DNA of 64,000 nucleotides, taken from positions 12,411-76,410 of the forward strand of contig JAIPBU010000014.1 in NCBI GenBank assembly GCA_021738535.1. The letters are read 5' to 3'. A program made the translations under genes and the position numbers. This DNA comes from Bacteroidales bacterium. Lineage in GTDB: Bacteria; Bacteroidota; Bacteroidia; Bacteroidales; VadinHA17. This document shows positions 51,301-55,318 of the stretch, piece by piece. The notes below the pieces were generated by a model, which ran no database searches, had not been told where the DNA came from, and saw only the letters and a program-made list of their open reading frames with translations. Position 1 is the stretch's first letter, and each line of letters starts with the position of its first letter.

Positions 51301-52570
51301 GGACACTATCTGTTCAGGAGAAATGGTATACCTTAACTCACTGCCGGGAGCTTACCAGTATTACTGGGAGTATGGCGACAGCCAGTCAGAGTACGGTGCT
51401 AATGTGACATCACACATGTTTGTTAACACAGGCACTGCACCAGCGACTTATACAGTAAGGCTGACTACAACGTCATTCTACGGATGTACCGACTTTGTAG
51501 AGAAGGATATTGTTGTGTATCCTGTTCCGACGCCATTGTTCACTGCCAGCCCGGCATCACAGACATGGCCCGCTGCAACGGTTGACTTTACCAACAATAC
51601 GAATACCGGAAGCTGGGATTACCTGTGGCGCTTTGGTGACGGTACTACATCCACGCTGGAGAACCCGACACATGAGTATACTGCTCCAGGCGATTACAAG
51701 GTATGGCTGATAGTTAGCAATGCTTTCTGTTCAGACAGCATAGACCGCAATGTGAGCGTACTGCCCACACCGCCCGTAGCTGCCTTTGATAGTGTACCAC
51801 CTGCCTGCGGACCATATACTGTGACAATGACCAATAACTCAGAGTATGGAGAGACTTACCTCTGGGAGTTTGGTGACGGAGGCATATCAACAGCAGAGAA
51901 TCCTACCTATACCTATTACGAATCAGGTATATTCAGGATCACCCTGACGGTTACCGGTCCAGGCGGAACGGATGTTGAGTCGAAACTTGTTGAGGTATGG
52001 GCCACACCAAGGGCATACTTCGAGGTAGCACCCGACTTCGTATACGTTGGAGATGAGCGGGTACGTTGCTTCAACCTCAGCGAGGGAGCATCAAGCTTCA
52101 TCTGGGAGTTTGGTGACGGGGACACATCGCAGATGCGCGATCCGTATCACAAGTACATGGAGGAAGGTGTATTTGACATTACCCTGCATGCCTACAGTGA
52201 TAACGGTTGTTACGACACCTACACCCTGTCGCCGGCCGTGACGGTTGAACCGGCAGGAGAGATCACCTTTGCGAATGTGTTCAGGCCCAATAAGGAAGGT
52301 CCGCTCGGAGACGACGTTGACAACCTGTCGAGCGACCAGATAGACCAGATGTTCTTCCCGCCCGTGAAGGAGCAGGTAAGCGAGTACAAGCTGCAGATCT
52401 TCAGCAGGGCCGGCGTACTGCTCTTCCAGAGCAACAGCATCAACAAAGGCTGGGACGGCTACTACAAAGGGCGCCTGGTAATGCAGGGAGTGTATGTCTG
52501 GTATGTTGAAGGTAAGTATGCGAATGGTAAGCCGTTTAAGAAGACAGGAGACATAACCCTACTCCACTAG
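36398..52570 (+). CDS. Giant (~5390 aa) T9SS type-B-sorted surface protein with Ig-like repeats and PKD domains
   Basis: Signal peptide ...LLIFSIILMSFKGYA|Q; 24 tandem DQTICEG repeats; several WDFGDG PKD domains; C-terminal F.N.F.PN...IF.R.G...GWDG...GVYVW gliding-motility-type CTD. The ORF is open from 36272. Confidence 0.9.
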   Translation: MERPVVTGKRKKSYSSFLFRALLIFSIILMSFKGYAQPSWDAEPTLTEINALNGILTVDFDVNCTVYYIIDRYITFPKDPATIKNFSSLPPDGNSGGFRGGGSFTYTASGSVSHLAEHFVPLDIRSDVHTLHIVAETTPGNFSAVDTINFTTDYCPTISPLTALTSTSKCVNNPATKTYNFVDLSPPENVLKGCEWTIDWGDGSAVYNYTSSDNGDVPPNQSHDFVNHDSCYFEVLLTATNIEGCETIGGLSKIETPILAGRDDDMDGNGEMLLVNLDNGSPDTIKVCEGTEAFITLQDAGTWDCDETFKTYPPGEINANDRDLQFVYGMHHQTQAVENTITGDISITGSYPGTANTTSGHASGIYNIDTDVMSPITNPNTNSDLIRIPPTAQYGEYMHVYLKNWNKCNPYSGDPWDGTAVWDSIVIFIEQGPIADAGSDFSICEDETANMNGSIHSAATSAEWTTTGDGSFTNETSPDNAVYTPGVNDISAGSVDLVLHAYGIGLCPEHTDTMRLTLDPLPAKPTISITVGANDFCDDDATSMTLSSTVSPDGTYRWYKDGIFTGDVTQDIVLNDWTQSGDYTVEVFGTTANSCPRESDPFTVNIGQPATVDAGPATAETCSDTPYSTSGSFGGSATSVTWTTSGDGNFDNTGNPTTTYTPGSDDIAAGTVTLTLTTNNPSGPCPAVSDNVVLTVTTAPTAYAGADAFICETENYQVTDASVANENSFSWALTSGSGSISNTSIINPTYNPAAADAGTTVQMRLIATGNGSCADATDDILIYVDPEPTASVGPDQQICDATTATLSGNTPVNNARGEWVYSSNLVFHESFRASADGDIDGRNWNLNVSALNIIDPNDYCEVRSNHFEAQDIDGEGVWETEEIDISTSGNIRISVSLPNSYNLDNSDYIRCFYILDGGSEVLLNNGEHFNDYSSEYATASGLSGNTLKIVIRFQNDGGSEEHWFDDIFVWKDDGTIIPSIIDPDDPGTTVSGINQGVNEFDWIVYSEYDGCDPATATLTITRDIQPDAATTGGPQEDCETNSFTLTGNAATDGGSGLWTHTAGPAGYTITDNTDPGTTVTGLDYGTHTFTWTISSALGICSDTQASMDITRNEDPAPTIAADAGPHCYNSSVLITGTPNLGVTASSVSTHTWSGSGAAYLNSTSVQNPTFTAPSVSSPTDFDLIYTVTDDNGCIGVSATFTISVYPHVESANIGTDQNICASTSTNVQVAITGGIGPYTVEYDVTDSGGTTTLTENNYTSGDDIATAVLTENTTYTLVSVTDANGCTATNLTGSAVINVGVLPDKATLAPVVTPICEGTNARLQIVITDGVPPFDVTIDNGVGTFSVPGFSYTYDLGAIAAGSHDYNITGIVDDCGNSFGDLGSTATVVVNSNPDLSDVSTTICSDEQSSVNLAIDNAGAFGILSTTYNITNIANNGLSPSNGSPGTGTGLPSSEIADDAWTNKTAANVGVVYTIVPVSDKGCTGIAEDITLTVQPEPDLNVSDVSVCSDAPTGITLTDADGIATSFNITSINQGGLTASAGAPATGTGFAAGEISDDAYTNLTGADVDVTYTVVPVSTNGCEGDPEVITLTVKPEPVITAGQNPAACSGNALDYQILLDNFTNPGDNVTFTWGAPTLNPVDPGFTGGTARVAQSAANITDTFTNTTGAIGTATYTVTPYYNGCEGDPMDIVVQVGPEPVLDPNLDKFACSDTPIALTLQEETGSVTPSRYNIISVTVDPDLTAGGSNAAIPEANANASYLENDHYTNTSGSNQDVVYRVQPILDPDCFGDPVDIIVTIRPEPVIQPVQVKTVCSGVAVNKEILLLPVNTPAGTTFDWPQPTMSDGSTQGTAGVGVAADPAGTFHITDVLSNFTGADITATYYVTPTSANGCVGEEVAVEITVQSQPVTSVITGESTLCVGAENEVYSVDNTPGSSYSWTVPANMTVVFDDNVNFIIVDATAAGSDNVEVVETNIDGCVGLPEVLPVTVSNYATAETVSGPDVVCKGETNVAYSVPDNVGSTYQWYVPAGVTVTSDPAAHEIFVDFNLDSGGDISVVETNSSGCTTVHDPITVTVNSINAGSIGSDQAVCSGVDPAAFISNTDASGDGTVTYQWQESTDNVNFTDIGGATNSTFDEGIIAQTKYYKRIATSSLGGKDCSAESNVVAIYLNEVDPGQVGSDQTICEGDFAAGLTSITNGSGSGAITYQWQDSPDNITFTDIPGETFSALSPGSLTADRYYKRITISTLLGTPCEAESNVVTVTVNNFDPGSISAAQTICEGDTPVAFTSVSPTGDGAFSYQWRQSTDGVTYTDIGGALNETYAPGALTQDTWYKRIVTSSLNGTDCIEETVPVKVTVINFNPGSISTDQTICEGGTPAALNSVAPSGDGAFTYQWQESIDGSAYTDIIGETGATFNPPALAQDTWYKRIVTASLNGTDCDDETNAVKITVNNFDPGSISADQTICEGTAPAALTSVTPTGDGTFTYQWMSSIDGTNFNNITGATAETYGPPALTQDTWYKRAVTSTLNGVNCTEETNVVEITVNNFNPGSISADQTICEGANANPFTSVTPTGDFATVGYQWYESTDGTTFNPIGGATAETYDPGALTVDTWYKREVTATLNGVPCIEETNTVKVTVINFDPGSIDADQTICEGSNANSLTSVSPTGDGSFTYQWYESADGSTFTPLAGVTGETYNPGALTADTWYKREVTATLNGHTCTEETNVVRITVNNFDPGSISADQTICEGDTPVALTSVDASGDGAFGYQWQISTNGSTYSDIGGATAATYAPGALTQDTWYKRIVTSSLNGTDCIEETAPVKITVINFTPGSISSDQTICEGSTPNPLTSVSPSGDGTFTYQWQESADGIAYSDIGGETGVTFSPPALTADTWYKRIVTSSLNGTDCDDETNAVKITVNNMTPGVIGTDETICEGDVPTPLTVTTAATADGTITYQWQSSTDGTNFFNITGATSDTYSSPAITADTWYKRSVTSSLNGVLCTEETNVVQVTVNNFDPGSISEDQTICEGANANPFTSVTPTGDFTSVAYQWYSSTDGSTFNPIGGATTETYDPGALTVDTWYKREVTATLNGVPCIEETNTVKVTVINFDPGSINADQTICEGSNANSLSSVAPTGDGSFTYQWYESADGSTFTPLAGVTGETYNPGALTADTWYKREVTATLNGHTCTEETNVVRVTVNNFDPGSISADQTICEGDTPVALTSVDASGDGAFGYQWQISTNGSTYSDIGGATAATYAPGALTQDTWYKRIVTSSLNGTDCIEETASVKITVINFTPGSISSAQTICEGGTPNPLTSVSPSGDGTFTYQWQESADGIAYSNIGGETGETFSPPSLTVDTWYKRIVTSSLNGIDCDDETNAVKITVNNMTPGVIEADQTICEGSVPADITVNTAATADGTITYQWQSSTDGTNFFNITGATSDTYSPPALTADTWYKRVVNSSLNGVICTEETNAVKVTVNNFDPGSIDADQTICEGANANPFTSVTPTGDFASVAYQWYESTDGSTFNPIGGATNETYDPGALTVDTWYKREVTATLNGVPCIEETNTVKVTVINFDPGSISADQTICEGSNANSLTSVSPTGDGSFSYQWSSSTDGTNFNPVAGAIYETYNPGALTVDTWYKRAVTASLNGTDCTEETNTVKITVINFNEGSIGSDQTICEAATPAALTSTTPTGDGTFTYQWQESTNGVNYTDIVGANGETYAPGALTQDTWYKRIVTASESGTDCIVENTPVKITVINFLPGSIASDQTICEGDTPNPLTAINPNGDGTFTYQWQSSTDGSNFSNITGETGATYTPPALTQDTWYKRIVTASLNGTDCTEETNVVRITVNNFDPGVIGSDETICEGGTPAGLTSTIPASGDGAFTYQWLQSTDGTNFSTVSGATTDAYNPPALTQDRWYKLEVTSTLNAIGCTEETNTVKIMVNNLDPGSIDADQTICEGDTPAEITSVTPTGDFSSVSYRWFESTDGSTFSLVAGETTETLSPPALTQDTWYKREVSASLNGVDCIEETNTVKVTVINFDPGSIDADQTICDGSAATVFTSVTPTGDGSFTYQWQSSTDGVTFTDIPGANFETYNAGILTQDTYFKRLVTANLNGQTCTEETNVITVTVVNFDPGSIGSDQTICEGEVPAALTSVTPTGDGAFGYQWKESTDGFTFTDIGGATGETYTPPALLQDHWYKRVVTASLNGTDCTAETNTVKVTVNNLNPGTIGTNKSICFGDDPVGFISLAPASGDGAITYQWQISTDNVTFTDIGGATGVTYDEGALVQTTYYKRIAISTLNGVDCTAESNVITVTVNPLPVADMSGDAAICPGTATDIFVNVTTGTGPYLLTINNGVGVVSNYTSGDPIPVVPMSAPVTYELQSIIDANGCEVTAPHTNITGSATITFLETVSIDVQPVSQEICENNNVTFSVTATGETPYSYQWYENGSPMAGETGSTLSLTAVPASMSGNQYFVDVTGGCGNTVRSDLAILTVNTETNITVQPSDTTICEFSATAYGVTATGSGLTYQWQGQAPSESSFTDLVGSGTFIGVNTSNLQVYGADRTMSGYRFRVVVGGTCSADLTSGEAVLTVNTAPEIVSNPSDTTVCEGFGGMFVVEAAGDSLEYQWYVNNGGGFVALSDDANHTGSDDDTLYVTNVGQSMNGWLYRAVVSGVCSPDAYSSFAVLAVEPLPVVTQQPLAQEICEGLGATFLAYATGTGVSYQWQYDDGGGWIDLSDGGIYTGTQTQQLRIDGAPVSASGTIRVEVVTDCQTIYSDEVLFTVNDNPVVDFSGIDPVLACGGVDTQLDGNPTGGSGTFTTHSWTGQVGPLDDFTRQDPVFNTTMPGTYNLTYTVTDNNGCMGSDNLSVEVEKPTAAFTPSPTSGCTPLDITMTDGSSGAVNYSWDFGDGSAIDNTAGNVTHQYTNTTQSVYYYDVKLEVESANGCLDSMIRGITVYPEIDADFEFSEDTICSGEMVYLNSLPGAYQYYWEYGDSQSEYGANVTSHMFVNTGTAPATYTVRLTTTSFYGCTDFVEKDIVVYPVPTPLFTASPASQTWPAATVDFTNNTNTGSWDYLWRFGDGTTSTLENPTHEYTAPGDYKVWLIVSNAFCSDSIDRNVSVLPTPPVAAFDSVPPACGPYTVTMTNNSEYGETYLWEFGDGGISTAENPTYTYYESGIFRITLTVTGPGGTDVESKLVEVWATPRAYFEVAPDFVYVGDERVRCFNLSEGASSFIWEFGDGDTSQMRDPYHKYMEEGVFDITLHAYSDNGCYDTYTLSPAVTVEPAGEITFANVFRPNKEGPLGDDVDNLSSDQIDQMFFPPVKEQVSEYKLQIFSRAGVLLFQSNSINKGWDGYYKGRLVMQGVYVWYVEGKYANGKPFKKTGDITLLH
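42623..49350 (+). repeat. 24 tandem ~279-285-bp intragenic repeats with a 1401-bp five-unit higher-order period
   Basis: 44581 onward is near-identical to 45982 onward; unit types recur every five units. Confidence 0.92.
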
Positions 52571-52580
52571 CCTGCAATGA

Positions 52581-52656
52581 AGAGGAGAGAGGTGAGAGCG
52601 GAGAGGAGAGTGAGCGGTGAGCGAAGAGCGATGAGAGGGGAGATGTGAGAAAGTGA
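52581..52656 (+). repeat. G-rich heptamer arm (agaggtg/agcggtg/agcgatg)
   Basis: Begins 11 nt after the giant-gene stop; reverse complement of the ctcacct family. Confidence 0.85.
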
Positions 52657-52662
52657 AAATTC

Positions 52663-52693
52663 AAAAGAGCTGCCAATAGTTTGGTGGCTCTTT
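52663..52693. terminator. Probable bidirectional intrinsic terminator
   Basis: aaaagagctgccaa-tagt-ttggtggctcttt between convergent genes. Confidence 0.75.
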
Positions 52694-52710
52694 ATCTTTT
52701 GACGAAGGTC

Positions 52711-53904
52711 TCAATAGAGGAATCCAAACAGCCAGAGGGGAATTCGGTTGTGTGTTCCGAATTCAATATTATCGGCCACTATATATGCATCCGGTAAAGA
52801 TGAGATCTGTTTATTTTTCTTATTTTTACCACCTATTTCCAATGTATATCTTTCATCTAAAAGGAGGTCACCCTGCTCTACGTATTCAACCTTGTTATTA
52901 TACTTAAGTTGATTGATTAGGAATGTTTCTCTTAAGGTTCCCTTTTGAAGAGTACCTGGTGACAGTGCATACATAATATTTGTATTCTCCATATAAATTT
53001 TATCGGGTTTCTGAAGTCTTGTGATTCCCTCCGCATCCCTGTAAATACTATTGATTAATCTGGCTTCCTGAAGGTAAACCAGATATGACAGAAGAGTTAC
53101 TCTGCTTATGCCCGCTCGTTCACTGAGTTTGCTGATATTGGGAATAAACGGGACGGATTCAGCTATTATCCTGATAAGTTTCCTGATTTTAGGAATGTGA
53201 CTGTTTTCGACTCCCCTTAAATTGGGTAGCTCTATCTCAAGAATCATATTGACAAGCTCTTCGATACGTTGATGATACAAAGCCTTTACCTCATTGAAGA
53301 AAGGATAATATCCATACTGCAGATATTTTTCGAAATGCTGTAAAGGTTTAATTTTTCCAAGAATATCACCTGAAATCTCAATGTGATTATTTAATATATC
53401 ATCTATCGAATAGATACTGAAATTTTTTCCTGTTGTCATACCAAGAAACTCCCTGAATGATAGTCCCTGCATTTCATATACTATGGCGCGTCTGCTTAGG
53501 TCGGCTCTTGAGTTGAGTATCTCGAGAAGTGAAGAACCTGTAAAAACGATATGCAGACCAGGGTAATCATCATAAAGGTTTTTTATTTCCTGAGCCCAAC
53601 CGGGATATTTATGGACCTCATCCAAAAAAAGGTGTTTCCCGCCTCTTTTAACAAAATGGTCGGTTAGAGAAGTGAGACTGTTTTTTGCAAACCACAGGTT
53701 GTCAAGAGATACATACAGTGCTGTTTCATCATTGAGATGGTTTTCCTTTAAATACTGCAGCATGATAGTGGTTTTTCCGACACCTCTTGCCCCTTTTATT
53801 CCGTAGAGCCTGTATTCCCAATGGATAGCATCCATACTACTTCGAATAAAGGTGGTGTCGGTTACAAGCAGCCTATTACGATATTTTTCAAAAAGTAAGT
53901 CCAT
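52711..53904 (-). CDS. AAA_14-family ATPase
   Basis: GARGVGKTT, FLDEVHKY, TGSS, DLSRR, KPDKIY..N, EIGGK. Confidence 0.9.
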   Translation of the reverse strand: MDLLFEKYRNRLLVTDTTFIRSSMDAIHWEYRLYGIKGARGVGKTTIMLQYLKENHLNDETALYVSLDNLWFAKNSLTSLTDHFVKRGGKHLFLDEVHKYPGWAQEIKNLYDDYPGLHIVFTGSSLLEILNSRADLSRRAIVYEMQGLSFREFLGMTTGKNFSIYSIDDILNNHIEISGDILGKIKPLQHFEKYLQYGYYPFFNEVKALYHQRIEELVNMILEIELPNLRGVENSHIPKIRKLIRIIAESVPFIPNISKLSERAGISRVTLLSYLVYLQEARLINSIYRDAEGITRLQKPDKIYMENTNIMYALSPGTLQKGTLRETFLINQLKYNNKVEYVEQGDLLLDERYTLEIGGKNKKNKQISSLPDAYIVADNIEFGTHNRIPLWLFGFLY

Positions 53905-53942
53905 GTTCAGTTAGAAATAGTCATACTACACAAAAATACAAA

Positions 53943-54026
53943 TGTTTAATCAATTAAACAATAAAACCATTAACATGTTTAATTTAAATAACATAATATG
54001 TAGTTATATGTTTAGTTGAATGAACA
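53943..54026. promoter_or_regulatory. Three 18-bp palindromic operator-like sites spaced 33 bp apart
   Basis: tgtttaatcaattaaaca (53943), tgtttaatttaaataaca (53976), tgtttagttgaatgaaca (54009). Confidence 0.6.
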
Positions 54027-54031
54027 TATAG

Positions 54032-54301
54032 CTACAGCGAAAGAGGCGATGAGAGTAAGATCGTTTCAAACTCTTCTCCGAGAGAATCGCTTTGTTTTAG
54101 TACAAACATTTTGATGTATCGTCGCTTTGCCCAGCCTTCTGCTAATGCACCGGTACCACCTCGTGAGGAACGGCGAATCTGATCGGTTAAGGAATACCTC
54201 TCTTCATTAGGAAACATCTTGGAGATCTCAAATATCTCCATTGCTAATTTATACGCTTTCTGATATACAATCAGTTCACGGAAACTTCCAATTTTACTCA
54301 T
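54032..54301 (-). pseudogene. Four helix bundle protein, copy 3, C-terminally truncated
   Basis: SFRELIVYQKAYKLAMEIF...FPNEERYSLTDQIRRSSR...AEGWAKRRY; last helix replaced by repeat-encoded LLSSPLSL. Confidence 0.85.
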
Positions 54302-54462
54302 TTTTATATATTTTAGAAATGCAGCTCAATAAATATACAAATAAAGAGCCACTTCTCAGCAGCTCCTAAAATTTGACTATCACCCTGATGCTCCCCGGAA
54401 ATGGTTTACATGTTGTGTTACGTAAAATGCGTAACGCAATTAACGTAATATTAATAAAGAAA

Positions 54463-54485
54463 AAGCCCGCATTCTTTGCAGGCTT
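54463..54485 (-). terminator. Intrinsic terminator downstream of the small-peptide gene
   Basis: aagcccgca-ttctt-tgcaggctt preceded by an A-run on the + strand (U-tract on minus). Confidence 0.55.
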
Positions 54486-54513
54486 AAATATGCATATCGT
54501 AAAATATCATTTA

Positions 54514-54572
54514 TCTCTTACTCACCTCTCACAACTCTTTTCTCTCCTCTCTCTTCTCACCTCTCACCTCTT
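54514..54572 (+). repeat. C-rich heptamer arm (ctcacct)
   Basis: ctcacctctcac...ctcacctctcacctc; reverse complement of 52581-52656 and 54033-54060. Confidence 0.85.
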
Positions 54573-54576
54573 GTCC

Positions 54577-54750
54577 CTATCCAAAAGGATCGTTCCCAAA
54601 CGGACTCGCAAACGGCTCATCCTTAGAATCCCCCTTACTCCCTCTCGGATTTGGGTTATCCGGGATAGTAGTCATCATCACCAGGCTGATAGAACTGTCA
54701 AGTTCAATCTTTTTTATGGTAGGTTTTATGTACTTTTTTCTACGTTCCAT
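54577..54750 (-). CDS. 57-aa small protein with a YxxP leader-like motif (absent from the ORF track)
   Basis: MERRKKYIKPTIKKIELDSSISLVMMTTIPDNPNPRGSKGDSKDEPFASPFGNDPFG*; co-oriented with the upstream T9SS gene and followed by a terminator. Confidence 0.7.
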   Translation of the reverse strand: MERRKKYIKPTIKKIELDSSISLVMMTTIPDNPNPRGSKGDSKDEPFASPFGNDPFG

Positions 54751-54783
54751 TCTGGGTGCTAAGATAGTTATTATTATTTAATT

Positions 54784-54827
54784 GTCAAGCAGTCAAGTGG
54801 TCAAGCAGTCAAGCGGTCGAGTAGTCA
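54784..54827 (+). repeat. Octamer arm (gtcaagca/gtcaagcg/gtcgagta)
   Basis: Five in-phase octamers plus a partial unit that supplies the TGA stop of four-helix-bundle copy 4. Confidence 0.9.
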
Positions 54828-55193
54828 TTTTGATTTAACGCATTTAAGAAGGTAGCTTCTCAGTAAACCTATTCCGTTCATCAGGCGTTGAGCTTTGTTT
54901 CTTCTTTTTGCTGCAATCTCTGATGTAACATAATTCCGGTCTTCCGCAATATAATACATGCTTTTAACCTCCGCTGCAGATCCCTTTGACACATTCAAGA
55001 AATACAAGAACTCTTTATCACTATCCCTGCCAAAACCTTCCGCTATATTATTCTGAGTTGACAGGCCCGCATCAGTTATCTGGTTCCTAAAAACAAAATC
55101 CTTACAATGCCTGAAATCAGAATATATATCATTTACAAGATCCCTGGCCATTTTCCAGATCTCAAGATCTTCAAAATCTCTGACTCTCGTCAT
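54825..55193 (-). CDS. Four helix bundle protein, copy 4
   Basis: FEDLEIWKMARDL...RNQITDAGLSTQNNIAEGFGRDSDKEFLYFLNVSKGSAAEVKS. Confidence 0.93.
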   Translation of the reverse strand: MTRVRDFEDLEIWKMARDLVNDIYSDFRHCKDFVFRNQITDAGLSTQNNIAEGFGRDSDKEFLYFLNVSKGSAAEVKSMYYIAEDRNYVTSEIAAKRRNKAQRLMNGIGLLRSYLLKCVKSK

Positions 55194-55263
55194 TCACTCC
55201 ACATTTTTTCTAAACAGCAATTTATTATAAACCTTTTAATCCATTTATCCTGTTACCTAAGTC

Positions 55264-55318
55264 TGCCTGACCGCTCAACCGCTCGACCGCTCGACTGCCA
55301 GACCCCCAAACTTCCTAC
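55264..55318 (+). repeat. Octamer arm (cgctcgac), reverse complement of 54784-54827
   Basis: tgcctgac cgctcaac cgctcgac cgctcgac tgccagac ccccaaac; overlaps the stop of the upstream T9SS gene. Confidence 0.88.

Noticed and set aside
37122-52446. Numerous antisense and alternate-frame ORFs within the giant gene
   Set aside because: Shadows of a repetitive, codon-biased CDS
54418-54448. ttacg/cgtaa palindromic cluster
   Set aside because: Short and AT-rich; cannot be distinguished from chance
8295-55193. Diversity-generating retroelement, because the four-helix-bundle proteins are Avd-like
   Set aside because: No reverse transcriptase ORF and no TR/VR pair differing at adenines were seen
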